A DNA stretch of 64,000 nt from an uncultured Chloroflexia bacterium (GCA_963797095.1 CAWCNY010000003.1:736001-800000), one strand, 5' to 3'. Shown: positions 1 to 9,759, counted from the first letter of the stretch. Numbers and translations are program-made. The notes: a model not told the origin generated them from the letters alone.

Positions 1-15
1 TCCCCTATTTGACCT

Positions 16-1413
16 TCAAGTTCCCATGCGCGAGGGTCGCTGGTGGGCCTGGGCTGCACGGCGGTAGTATTCCATCGCCTGCTTGTGATCGCCCCGCTCT
101 TCCAGCACCTGAGCATAGCTGAACGTGAGTGCGTACACCGCTTCCTCAAACGGAGTTTGCTCGATGGCCTCAAGCGCCTGGTGGAACAATCGATCTGCTT
201 CTTTGGTGTTGCCCCGCTTTTCCTCGATCAAGGCCGCAACCTGGAGGGCCTCGGCATGTGTGCGCTGGGCGTTCCCGCGTGTTTGCTTGCCGGTACCTTC
301 ACTCTGCTTGCTGAGTGCCTCGCTCAGTTTGACGCTCTCCTCTGCATATTTGGCTGCCTCGTCCAGGTTGCCCCGCTGCCTTGCCAGGTCGGCGTAGTTG
401 TGATACAGGCTGCTGAGCAACACCTGGTCTCCCGCATTGGCAAGCAGGCCCTCCGCCTTCTTCAGCAGATCTTCGGCCTCCGAGTACTTCTGTTCGCCCA
501 TCATTAGCTCGGCCAGATTCATACTGATAGCTGCGGCTTCTGCCCGGTTGTCGGCGGCCTCATAGATGTGGAGGGCACGCGTTGCATATAACTTGGCTCT
601 GGCCCAATCGCCCTTGGCCTTATAGCCTGTCGCTATACCCCAGAAGATATTTGCCTGGCGTTGCAGATCGTACACATCATCGAGCATTTTGAGGGCATTC
701 TGATATGTGCTGATGGCGTGCGGCAGATCGTTCGCCGCCCAGTAATCATTCGCAAGGTTGCGATATACGCTCAGGTGTAGGTTTACATCCTTGGCTTCGT
801 TCTTCTGGACCGCACGCAAGCATTGCAAATGGTATTCCAATGCCAGTTGCGGCTGGCTCTGTTGATAAAGTGCTACGCCGAGCATGTTGCGAACGGTGGT
901 AGTAGCTTCCGCATCACCATCTTTCTCAGCGATCTCAAGGGCCTTTTCCAATTCAGGGCGCGCAAGGTCCGGCTCCGATTTTTGCAAATAGGCCAGCCCG
1001 CGCAGGAATGGGATGCGGTAACGAATACGGGCGGGTAGTTTTGGCATATATAACTCGGCGCTTGCTTCAGCATCCGCCAGGAGCTTGAGCGCTTCGTCCG
1101 AATTATCGGTACGGATCAGCATTTTGGCATAATTGAACTGGTATGTCAGGTCTTCTTGGAGTGCGTCAACTTCTGGCGGAGTCTCTGTATCGAGCCGAGC
1201 AACCAGGAAATCAGCAATGGGGATATTCAATCTCCTGGCAAAAACGTCCAGGGCTTTGAGCGATGGCCTTACCGCCCCACGCTCCAGAGCGCTTACATAC
1301 CCCTTGGTAAATTCGGGGCCGGCAAGCACTTCCTGTGTCATGCCCCGCTCTAACCGTGCCTTGCGAATCCTCATTCCAAGCGCGGCTAGCGTATTCTTAG
1401 TAGAGACATCCAT
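16..1413 (-). CDS. XRE-family HTH + TPR transcriptional regulator (RRNPP/NprR-like architecture)
   Basis: N-terminal LGMRIRKARLERGMTQEVLA...YVSALERG...PS Cro/C1 HTH followed by ~380 aa of TPR-like helices; GGGGAG RBS upstream. Confidence 0.85.
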   Translation of the reverse strand: MDVSTKNTLAALGMRIRKARLERGMTQEVLAGPEFTKGYVSALERGAVRPSLKALDVFARRLNIPIADFLVARLDTETPPEVDALQEDLTYQFNYAKMLIRTDNSDEALKLLADAEASAELYMPKLPARIRYRIPFLRGLAYLQKSEPDLARPELEKALEIAEKDGDAEATTTVRNMLGVALYQQSQPQLALEYHLQCLRAVQKNEAKDVNLHLSVYRNLANDYWAANDLPHAISTYQNALKMLDDVYDLQRQANIFWGIATGYKAKGDWARAKLYATRALHIYEAADNRAEAAAISMNLAELMMGEQKYSEAEDLLKKAEGLLANAGDQVLLSSLYHNYADLARQRGNLDEAAKYAEESVKLSEALSKQSEGTGKQTRGNAQRTHAEALQVAALIEEKRGNTKEADRLFHQALEAIEQTPFEEAVYALTFSYAQVLEERGDHKQAMEYYRRAAQAHQRPSRMGT

Positions 1414-1456
1414 AGGTTACTCCCCCTTGTGGGTGTAGGTTTAGATTTAACCGCGT

Positions 1457-1481
1457 ATCTATGTTTCATAATAACATAGAT
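1457..1481. promoter_or_regulatory. Perfect 9-7-9 inverted repeat, candidate operator of the XRE-TPR gene
   Basis: ATCTATGTT-TCATAAT-AACATAGAT, about 45 bp upstream of the start at 1413. Confidence 0.5.
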
Positions 1482-1670
1482 CGACCTGCAAGCAAAGGAT
1501 TAGGACTGACTGTAAACTGCAACTTCTTTTATGCCATCAATTACCCTCCTGTTCTTAGACATCCATCTAAGTAGGGGAACGACAACATGCGTAGAGCTAG
1601 CTGCACGCATAGGCCGCCTGCCAAAGTGAACTGCATTATACTAGATAATATGGCCTGGTGCAAATTCCTT

Positions 1671-1774
1671 TCCATATCGTCCATATCGTCCATATCGTCC
1701 ACTACAATGGTGCGAAGATAATGCGTACAAAGCCCCACCACGATATCAAGTCTGCCCCACCACGATATCAAGTC
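1671..1774. repeat. Short tandem repeats: TCCATATCG x3 and GCCCCACCACGATATCAAGTC x2
   Basis: 9-mers at 1671-1697; 21-mers at 1732-1752 and 1754-1774. Confidence 0.85.
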
Positions 1775-1847
1775 GCTAGATGCTACATGTAACATCTGAT
1801 ATTGCCTATCCTACTATTCAGTCGCTATCAGGTTCGGTCATCATCAG

Positions 1848-4235
1848 CTACTCGTCGCACTCAGAAAGAAATGTGTTGGACACGATCTTGGTCACCTGCC
1901 CTCTCGTTGCGTTGTTGCTTGGGCGGAAATATGGTAGATCGCTCGGAGGTACGCACGGCTCCGGGTTGCTACAGGGATAGCCGCTCACTACACCCCGGTT
2001 AGCAAGTTGCTGGGTGAAAGTATAGAAAGTCGAGCCTGGAGGCATATCCTCGAATAACTGCGTGCCTGGCGGATCTATGATATTTGCTGCCAGCGCCACA
2101 ATCTTCGAGATCTGCCCGCGTGTCGCGTTGCTATTCGGCCTGAAGTAGGGCAAATTGAGAGGACCTACACAGGGCTCGCCCACACCTCCACATGGATAGC
2201 CGCTCATTATGCCCCTGCTCGCCAGCCTCTGTATGAAGGTATAGAAAGTTGAGCCGGGGAGCACATCCTCGAAGCTCTGACCGCTGGCGGGTTCTACAAA
2301 TCCTGCGGCGCTTGCCACCACGCTTGAGAGCTGCCCCCTGGTGATGTTCATACCGGGCCGGAAGTATGGATCGTCAGTTGGATCGCAAGGCTCACCAACC
2401 CCGCCGCAGGGATACCCCGACAGAATGCCTCTGCATGCCAGGCACCTCGCAAACGCGTAGAATGTGCTTCCCTCCGGCACATCCGCGAATTGCATGCTGC
2501 AAGTAGTCGGGCTAGGGCTTGCGGTCGGTCCACCTGTAGATGTAACTATTGGTGTGAGTGCAGCGCTAGCAGTGGGAGTAGTGGTCGCAGTGTCGGTAGT
2601 GGTCGCGGTGTCGGTAGCGCTAGCGGTGGGGGTAAACGTGGGGGTGGATGTAGGCGTCGCTGTGGGAGTGGACGATGGCGTAGATGTAGGGATCGGCGTC
2701 TGTACTCCCGGCCGGTCTCCTCTGTCCACGTAGAAGTCGCCCTCCCCCGCCCCATGCCTCGTATCTATCCACGAGGCCAGCGCATAGCTATTGTCCGGTG
2801 CGAACACCAGCGACTTGCGCACGCCCAGGTAATCCACCAGCTTGAGGTCTTGCACGTTGTCCGGGTTGTTCGATACGTCGGTGACGCGCACGTTGGAGCT
2901 CCAGGTCACCCCCCCATCGGTGGACTGCGAGTAAACCAGGTCATACATGTCGCCCGTGGGCTGGTAGCGCCTGTCGTACCATGTCACCCCTGTAGTGCCA
3001 TCTGGGGCTGTCGCTATCGAAGGTTGGAACTGGTCGATGTTGTTGCCTACCGGATCGTCGTTGATTCGCGTTGGCGTGCTCCACGTGACCCCACCGTCGG
3101 TGGTCCTGCTGAAAGCTATATCCCCGAACCTGCCGCTGCTGCCACACAGCTTATAGTCAGGCTCCCATCGCCCATCGTTCCACACCGCGTATACCGCTTC
3201 CGGGTCGGTAGGCGACACCGCGATCTGGGGGTAGTGATTAATACGCAGGTAGTTGCAACTTTCCTTCACCACCAGCACCAGCTCGTGATATTTGTAGTCC
3301 GGCCCGCCGGCCAGGGTCGCAGGCGTGCCACCGATCAGCCTGTCCGGCCCCCAGGTGGCCCCACCGTCCGTGCTCCGATCCAGGTATATATCTCTCGGCT
3401 CCAGCAACAGATTGTTCGGCTTGTACTCGAATGCTACATATACCGTGCCGTCCGAAGCCACCGCCGACGATGGCCCGAACGAGTAGTAGTGGTTCGCATC
3501 CGACACATCTACCTGCGAGCTCCAACTAACCCCTCCATCGGTGGAGCTACGCATTTTGACCCCCTGCCAGAACGGGTCCGTGTTGTTGATGTAAGTCCAG
3601 AAGGCGTACAGCTTGTTGGCGAGCGGTCCCTGGGTACGCCGGTCAATAGCCAGGCTTATGCCCGCCACGTACTCATACTGGCCCTGCACCACCACCGGCA
3701 CAGGCGAACTCCAATCCAACCCGTTGGTGGTGGTCAGCACAAATAGAGCGGTGGACACGGTGCTCGATATGGCGAGACCTGTAAGATAAGCCGTACCGCT
3801 ACCGTTGAACGCCACGTTCGTTTCACCCGGTATAGGTGTGAAGCCGTTGCCCCATACATCGGTGAAAACCCGCGTGACCCAGCTATTTCCTCCGTCGGTG
3901 CTGGTAGCATAAGCAGGTGCCGAGCCGTTCCTGTCAAAATGGTCGTATCCCGCTATGATCATCTGCGGATCGAGCGGATTGATCGCTATTACCTGGTTCT
4001 TATAATTGGTAGGCGTAACCACCAACAATGGGGTGACGGCGATATCGGTTCCCCATAGTGGTTTCACGCCTCCCACCTGTGTGTAAGTGTGCGCTGTGGT
4101 GCGTACGGCAAGCACCAGGAACAGAGCGGCGCTCGCCGCGAGCACGACAACAGATCGACCCGGGCCTGCCCTCCAGGTCTGGATGTGGGGTTTCAGCCCG
4201 CGACGTACGGAATGCGAAGTGCGATTATCGCTCAT
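1848..4235 (-). CDS. Secreted SLH-domain protein with BNR/Asp-box (sialidase-like) beta-propeller
   Basis: N-terminal hydrophobic segment, repeated STDGGxTW Asp-boxes, PT-rich linker, three C-terminal SLH repeats (FxDV..GSTFY...GYPC...FRP...TRGQ). Confidence 0.85.
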   Translation of the reverse strand: MSDNRTSHSVRRGLKPHIQTWRAGPGRSVVVLAASAALFLVLAVRTTAHTYTQVGGVKPLWGTDIAVTPLLVVTPTNYKNQVIAINPLDPQMIIAGYDHFDRNGSAPAYATSTDGGNSWVTRVFTDVWGNGFTPIPGETNVAFNGSGTAYLTGLAISSTVSTALFVLTTTNGLDWSSPVPVVVQGQYEYVAGISLAIDRRTQGPLANKLYAFWTYINNTDPFWQGVKMRSSTDGGVSWSSQVDVSDANHYYSFGPSSAVASDGTVYVAFEYKPNNLLLEPRDIYLDRSTDGGATWGPDRLIGGTPATLAGGPDYKYHELVLVVKESCNYLRINHYPQIAVSPTDPEAVYAVWNDGRWEPDYKLCGSSGRFGDIAFSRTTDGGVTWSTPTRINDDPVGNNIDQFQPSIATAPDGTTGVTWYDRRYQPTGDMYDLVYSQSTDGGVTWSSNVRVTDVSNNPDNVQDLKLVDYLGVRKSLVFAPDNSYALASWIDTRHGAGEGDFYVDRGDRPGVQTPIPTSTPSSTPTATPTSTPTFTPTASATDTATTTDTATTTPTASAALTPIVTSTGGPTASPSPTTCSMQFADVPEGSTFYAFARCLACRGILSGYPCGGVGEPCDPTDDPYFRPGMNITRGQLSSVVASAAGFVEPASGQSFEDVLPGSTFYTFIQRLASRGIMSGYPCGGVGEPCVGPLNLPYFRPNSNATRGQISKIVALAANIIDPPGTQLFEDMPPGSTFYTFTQQLANRGVVSGYPCSNPEPCVPPSDLPYFRPSNNATRGQVTKIVSNTFLSECDE

Positions 4236-4267
4236 AGGCCAGGAACCCGCAAAGCGTTAGAGCAAGC

Positions 4268-5488
4268 CTAAAGCCTTCTCAACTGCGGCTTATAAACCCC
4301 TGTGATACGCTCGTAGTTGGGACGATAGCGCTCGGTGTTGTAATCGGCGGGATCAACTCTGCGCGCCGGGTACTCTTTGCCCGGTATGTCTGTGTAGATG
4401 AATTCGCCCTCTCGGTGCCCCGCCATTACGCCCTCAACACCTTTCTCTATGAGTCCCATCACCAGGTTGGCATAGAAGTTCGCCATACGCTTGTCATACA
4501 CGTCAGGCTCCCCGCTACGCAGTATATAAGTGAGATCTACCGGCAGGAAACGCACCCCTGGCAGCAGTCTCCTAAGCTCCTCTGCCAGGAACTCGGCTAC
4601 GTTTGTCTTTTTGCGGTGCCCATAAGCATCAGGCGCTCCCACTTCGGGCACAGTCACGCCCAGGTTTGCGCCCTCAGACATTATCACAATCGAGTAGCCG
4701 GAAGGATTGTGGCGATCACCCTTTACCAGGTCGGCCAGCTTCTCAATATCGACGGGTATCTCCGGGATGAGAAGGCGGTCGGCCCAGGTTGCTATGGCCG
4801 TTTCCAGGGCGGTGAAGCCCGCATCGCGGCCAAACAGGCGGAACAGTACCGTCTCTCGATGTGAGCCTGCCGTTGAACGGATGCGCTCGACGCTTTCGGA
4901 CGCCCGGTTGATCGCCGTTTGGAATCCGATACAATAGTCGGTGCCCGGCACGTCGTTGTCCATCGTCTTGGGTATCCCCCAGGTCGATACACCGTGCTTC
5001 TTCAGGACCGACCCGTAACTCAGCGTATCGTCGCCCCCGATCACGATCAGGCCATCCAGGCCCAGGAATTCGATATTCGCCAGAACCTCTTGAGTGAGGT
5101 CAACCCGCTCATCAGCGCTGTGTCCCTCCCCGTACTTGCGCAGGTGGGGCGGCAGATCCCCCACACTTATGCGCGCCGGGTTGGTGCGGGTTGATTGGAG
5201 GATCGTGCCTCCCGTGCGGTCGATTGTACGCGTGTTCAACCTGTTGAGCGGCAGCAAGTAACCTGCTTCCCACGTAGACTCGTTGTCGGCGCGAAAGCAA
5301 AGTGCATCGATGCCCCGCGCCCTGTCCATGTAAGTGATCCCTTCCCACCCGGCACGTAAGCCCATAACCTCCCAGCCCAGCGTATACGCCCTGTACACTA
5401 TTGCCTTAATAGCGGCATTGAGGCCGGGTACATCACCGCCCCCAGTCAATACCCCCAACTTCTTCATTCTCTGTGTGGTTTGTGTCAT
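4268..5488 (-). CDS. pfkA: 6-phosphofructokinase (PfkA family), probably PPi-dependent
   Basis: LTGGGDVPGLN, GGTIL, GGDDT, PKTMDND, GRDAG motifs. Confidence 0.9.
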   Translation of the reverse strand: MTQTTQRMKKLGVLTGGGDVPGLNAAIKAIVYRAYTLGWEVMGLRAGWEGITYMDRARGIDALCFRADNESTWEAGYLLPLNRLNTRTIDRTGGTILQSTRTNPARISVGDLPPHLRKYGEGHSADERVDLTQEVLANIEFLGLDGLIVIGGDDTLSYGSVLKKHGVSTWGIPKTMDNDVPGTDYCIGFQTAINRASESVERIRSTAGSHRETVLFRLFGRDAGFTALETAIATWADRLLIPEIPVDIEKLADLVKGDRHNPSGYSIVIMSEGANLGVTVPEVGAPDAYGHRKKTNVAEFLAEELRRLLPGVRFLPVDLTYILRSGEPDVYDKRMANFYANLVMGLIEKGVEGVMAGHREGEFIYTDIPGKEYPARRVDPADYNTERYRPNYERITGVYKPQLRRL

Positions 5489-5904
5489 TCGCGAACTCTA
5501 CCTTCTCGTAAGTGTCGCTGAGAGCCACATCGCACCCAACCGATTCCAATCCAGGCACCTCAAGCCCGCCATGCTTGGTGTATCTATTCACTCTGCTCTA
5601 CATTGCACAGAGTGTCTGCACGTCGAAATGTCTATATCTATTCTGCCCTGCGATACAAGCACATACTCCCGCAACAATGCCAGCTTGAGATAGTGAGCAA
5701 CCTACGACCATTATACAACAGCCACCGCGGATTAATATACCGGGTTCTTCCAGCAAGCATTCTGAACGGGCTGGGCGGGCGTAAGACCCGCCATACCAGA
5801 TCCCCGCCGGCCCCACATGACAGTTATTATCCCAACTAATGTGATTAGAACTGTATGCTAACAAACTCTGTTTACATTGACATCTATCTACGTCATTATG
5901 GGTA

Positions 5905-5932
5905 TTGATACTTCGTAAACTCATGGTATAAT
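5905..5932 (+). promoter_or_regulatory. Sigma70-type promoter for the second XRE-TPR gene
   Basis: TTGATA-16 bp-TATAAT with extended -10 TG. Confidence 0.55.
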
Positions 5933-6070
5933 AGCGGCGTTATGTATGGATCAGCATCCTGACATGCTAGATGCCTCTGGTTCGCGTATTGGAACCTGGG
6001 TCCTAAACCGTGCGGTGTATCTTTTCAACATAGCTACCTTCCATAATCATAATCAAGAGGGGCACATACC

Positions 6071-7582
6071 ATGACTATGCCACATCCGAAGAGACGTACC
6101 CGCAGAGCACCTGTCCGAACGGTCGGTCTGCGCATCCGCAAGCTAAGGCGTGCACGAGGGATGGGTCCCCTTGCCCTTGCCGGGCCGGAGTTTACCAAGC
6201 GATACCTGCGCGCCGTTGAACGCTGCAATCTTATTCCATCCCTTCGAGTGCTAGAGCTTTTTGCCCATCGCCTTGATGTTCCGGTACAGCAGATCCTGAG
6301 GGCTAACAGCGCGCAATACACAAGCTCCGGCCTGACGAGCGACACCGAGTTGGGCGCCTTGCATGAAGACCTTAACTATCAACTCAACTATGCCAAAATG
6401 CTCATTAAGGACGGCAAACTGGAGGAGGCCCTCGATTCCATCCGCTTGGCGCAAACCTATCTTGAATCGGCTCGCCCTCACAACGCCAAGCTGCCGCCCC
6501 ACCTCCTTTATCGCATCCCGATGTTGCGTGGTATGACCTATCTGCAAAGCTATAAGCCCGATACTGCCTTGCCTGAGCTGGATAAGGCGCTCGTATTCGT
6601 TCAGGGAGACGAAGAGAAAGCCGCCACAGTGCATAATCTGATCGGCGTGGCCTACTACCTCAAGGAACGCCCGGAACTGGCTATCAGGGAGCACCTGATT
6701 GCTTTCCATGCCGTCCAAAACAATGTCGTGCGCGACTTAAGCTCCCGTTTCAGCATCTACCGTAACCTGGCTAACGACTACGTCACGCTGGGTGATACCA
6801 AACAAGCGGTTGCTACTTACAAACTTGCGCTGCCCATCCTCCAGGACCTGAACGACCCGGCTCGCAAGGCTGCGATCTTCTCAGGATTAGGCATTGCTTA
6901 CGCGGATATCAACGATACTGTCAATGCCATACTCTGGTCCAGCCGCGCGCTGGAGATCTATACGGAGACCGGATTGCACCTCAAGGCCGCGGAAGTATCC
7001 CTCAATCTCGCCGAGCTACTGGTAAGCGAGCAGAGATTTGACGAGGCCGAGCCGTTCCTTCGGGAAGCGCATGCTATCCTGGCCGACCCCCGGCAGGAGG
7101 GAAATAACCTGCTCCTGTGCCAGCTCAACAGGGTCCGCGCGCTGTCAGCACTCTATCAAGGGCAGATTGGTGCGGCTGACGAGCATATTCAGGCAAGTCT
7201 CACGTTCGGAAAAGAGGCCGCCGTGGAGGCAAGCGACGCGTGCGCCATCGTGGCCGGTTCGTATAGAGGCACCGACAAGAAGATTCGCCCTGGAAGCGCC
7301 TGCTACCCCATACGGGCCTATGTGGAGTCCCTGCACCTGGCGGCCAAAATAGCAGAGATCAGGGGTAACCTCCCCACCGCGGACGAGATGTTTGGCAGAG
7401 CCCTTGAGTGGGCGGAGAAAACCGGCTCGCATGAAACCATCCGTACCATCACTCTCGGTTATGGCTCGACTATGGAAATGCGTGGAGCACTCGAGCCTGC
7501 TATGGTTTACTACAAAGCCGCTGCTCAGGCCAATCAACCATTGAAGCGAAAGAATGCTGGGCCGGCTGTATTGGTAGGGTGA
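6071..7582 (+). CDS. XRE-family HTH + TPR regulator, paralog of 16..1413
   Basis: Shares LAGPEFTK, EDLxYQxNYAKMLI, YRIPxLRG and YRNLANDY with the first regulator; GAGGGG RBS. Confidence 0.85.
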   Translation: MTMPHPKRRTRRAPVRTVGLRIRKLRRARGMGPLALAGPEFTKRYLRAVERCNLIPSLRVLELFAHRLDVPVQQILRANSAQYTSSGLTSDTELGALHEDLNYQLNYAKMLIKDGKLEEALDSIRLAQTYLESARPHNAKLPPHLLYRIPMLRGMTYLQSYKPDTALPELDKALVFVQGDEEKAATVHNLIGVAYYLKERPELAIREHLIAFHAVQNNVVRDLSSRFSIYRNLANDYVTLGDTKQAVATYKLALPILQDLNDPARKAAIFSGLGIAYADINDTVNAILWSSRALEIYTETGLHLKAAEVSLNLAELLVSEQRFDEAEPFLREAHAILADPRQEGNNLLLCQLNRVRALSALYQGQIGAADEHIQASLTFGKEAAVEASDACAIVAGSYRGTDKKIRPGSACYPIRAYVESLHLAAKIAEIRGNLPTADEMFGRALEWAEKTGSHETIRTITLGYGSTMEMRGALEPAMVYYKAAAQANQPLKRKNAGPAVLVG

Positions 7583-7639
7583 AAGAAGCCTTTGTAAAGC
7601 AGTCGCCAAGTAGTATGGCGGCTCCATCAATTTACTAAT

Positions 7640-7683
7640 AAGTGGTAGATATGCCGCGTATATACGCGGCATATCTACCACTT
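7640..7683. repeat. 44-bp perfect palindrome between convergent genes (possible bidirectional terminator)
   Basis: AAGTGGTAGATATGCCGCGTAT|ATACGCGGCATATCTACCACTT is its own reverse complement. Confidence 0.85.
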
Positions 7684-7724
7684 GCCTGTCATCGGTAAGA
7701 ATAACTGGTATGACGAAAGAGACT

Positions 7725-7958
7725 CTAGTGACCAGGATCAGGAGTAGGTGTGGCCGTGGGCGTTGGCGTCGGATCGTCCGGACAGTCGATGTCCGGGTCG
7801 GGCCTCCCCACGCCATCGCAGTCCGAAGCGTAGGTTACTCGCACGTTGTTGCTTTGTATCGAAGGCAGGATCACCGATCCGGCGACAGTGGAACCGGCCA
7901 ACAACATCGCCAGTAACACTCGCTTCGGCGCCTTTTGCCTTGGGGTCTTGACTTCCAT
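7725..7958 (-). CDS. Small secreted peptide (77 aa): signal peptide, acidic two-Cys segment, PT tail
   Basis: GAGGAG RBS 6 nt before ATG; basic n-region, hydrophobic VLLAMLLAGSTVAG, TYA-S possible cleavage site; C-terminus SDCDGVGRPDPDIDCPDDPTPTPTATPTPDPGH. Confidence 0.7.
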   Translation of the reverse strand: MEVKTPRQKAPKRVLLAMLLAGSTVAGSVILPSIQSNNVRVTYASDCDGVGRPDPDIDCPDDPTPTPTATPTPDPGH

Positions 7959-8100
7959 CGCATTCTCCTCTCAATGTGTGGTTGCGCACCTGCCCTGAGG
8001 CGCTTCTCTGGTCGGCGCCGGGCAGAGTACCTGTTTCGATGAGAGGAGTTTGCGGTTGCATCGGTGCAACCTCAACGGCTATTCTTGACAACCATTTGTC

Positions 8101-9510
8101 ATGTTTATCGTCAAATGCGTTGCTGACCCTGCAATATTGTCAAGACCGGCAACCAGGGCCACCGGCAAAGCGCACCCGGCCCAACAAGAGGTTATGGTTA
8201 TGGTTATGGTCAGCCTGCACAGGACGCATCCTTTCGGTGATCTCGTCACCCGGTATCGCGCCCGAAAACATGGCCTGAGCCAGGCAAAGCTCGCCGACTT
8301 GAGCGAGCTTGATTCCACCGTGTTGAGCCACATGTGCAACGGCAGGCGGCTGGAGGGCAGCCACGCTCGCGAGCGAGTGCTCAAGGTGATAACAGGGTTC
8401 TACAGGGCGGGCGCGCTCAAAACCGTGGAAGAGGCCAACAGCCTCCTGAGGACTGCCAGGCTGGCCGACCTCGACAACTCCGACCCCGATGACGCGCGCT
8501 TGCTCGCCCTCCTGGAAGCGGAGCGCGCCCCAATCCCGATCAATCCCCCACAGCAGCCTTCACAAGTGCAGTCCGAGAGGTCGCCAGGGACCAGCCTTCC
8601 ACCTCAAAGTGATAACCAGAAGAATAGGCCCGACCTTATAGGGCGGCATATCATAGGCGCTGCCGCGATCGATGTGCCTTTGGACGATTCGCATCCGTTC
8701 ACGGTCGGCACGCCTGTGATCTACCCTCGCTTCTTCTTTGGCCGCTCAAAAGAGCTTGATAGGCTGTTTCGGTTATTGCGCGGGCCGCAGTTGCAAAATG
8801 GGGCCGTGATCGGCCCGCGCCATATCGGCAAGACCTCCCTGCTGCGCCACATGGCCGCTATCACCCTTGTGGACGCAGACTCCCTACGGCCCGGCCAGCG
8901 GCACAACTGGTTGCCCCACCCCGATGGATATGTATGGGCTTACGTCGACCTCCGAGACTCGCGGCTGAATACGCCCAAACTCCTCCTCTCGCACATCCTC
9001 CATCAATTCGGCCTGCCAATACAGAGGAAATGCACAATCGAGGTGTTCGGCCAGGTTGTACGCGACAGTCTGCGGCTCCCTTCGGTGATCCTGCTCGACA
9101 ATATAGACGTGGCGGTGGAACACTACAGCAGGCTCGATTACGAGTTCTGGGTGGGTCTTAGCTCGATTGCTCTCAACGACGCCGAGGGGCGGCTGAGCTT
9201 CATAGTTAGCTCCCAGGAACCCCTCGCCCACATGGCGAGCCACCCGGTGGTGGGGTCATCCTTCTTTACGTCAATTGTCACAAGCACTGAACTGGGGCCA
9301 CTAGAGGAAAGCGAGGCCCTGGAATTGATAGATGCCTCCCCACTCCCGTTTCCCCTGCGCGACGTTGCGTGGATCCTGGTGCAGAGCAACCTGGAGCCGA
9401 TGCCCCTACAATTCTTGTGCCGCGAGTGCCTCCACTCGCTGGAAGCCGGGCAACGCGACGATAACTGGCGCGATGAAGCCCTCCGCCAGATCGATGCCTG
9501 GCCTAAGTGA
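8101..9510 (+). CDS. XRE-like HTH fused to STAND-like P-loop ATPase (start probably ~8200)
   Basis: HGLSQAKLA HTH; FFGRSKEL; Walker A GPRHIGKTS; Walker B-like VILLDN. Confidence 0.75.
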   Translation: MFIVKCVADPAILSRPATRATGKAHPAQQEVMVMVMVSLHRTHPFGDLVTRYRARKHGLSQAKLADLSELDSTVLSHMCNGRRLEGSHARERVLKVITGFYRAGALKTVEEANSLLRTARLADLDNSDPDDARLLALLEAERAPIPINPPQQPSQVQSERSPGTSLPPQSDNQKNRPDLIGRHIIGAAAIDVPLDDSHPFTVGTPVIYPRFFFGRSKELDRLFRLLRGPQLQNGAVIGPRHIGKTSLLRHMAAITLVDADSLRPGQRHNWLPHPDGYVWAYVDLRDSRLNTPKLLLSHILHQFGLPIQRKCTIEVFGQVVRDSLRLPSVILLDNIDVAVEHYSRLDYEFWVGLSSIALNDAEGRLSFIVSSQEPLAHMASHPVVGSSFFTSIVTSTELGPLEESEALELIDASPLPFPLRDVAWILVQSNLEPMPLQFLCRECLHSLEAGQRDDNWRDEALRQIDAWPK

Positions 9511-9759
9511 CACCAAAAACGGTACTTGAGTACACCCCAAGACCTGTCCAGTTTTGTCCCACCAATGCCCTTTAGTTAATGGGGGCAAGTCTAGCCACCC
9601 TCAAATCAACATACCAAAAACCGGATCACAGGCTTCATCTCACATTTCTGTCACCGATCTGTAACCTGCTCATACTCTATATTTCACTGACCGGTGCTAT
9701 CCTCGGATGGGAGTGATGATCTCATATGTAGCTGTTGCCGGTAGAAGGAGACCAAGCAA

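Noticed and set aside
1541-1795. 84-aa ORF with DDM repeats, and a 44-aa plus-strand ORF, as the peptide for the first XRE-TPR
   Set aside because: Neither has a signal peptide, and the repeats are explained by the DNA 9-mer.
2490-3746. Long antisense ORFs (e.g. 418 aa here, 404 aa at 51400..52614, 324 aa at 15720..16694)
   Set aside because: Shadow frames of well-supported genes in GC-rich DNA.
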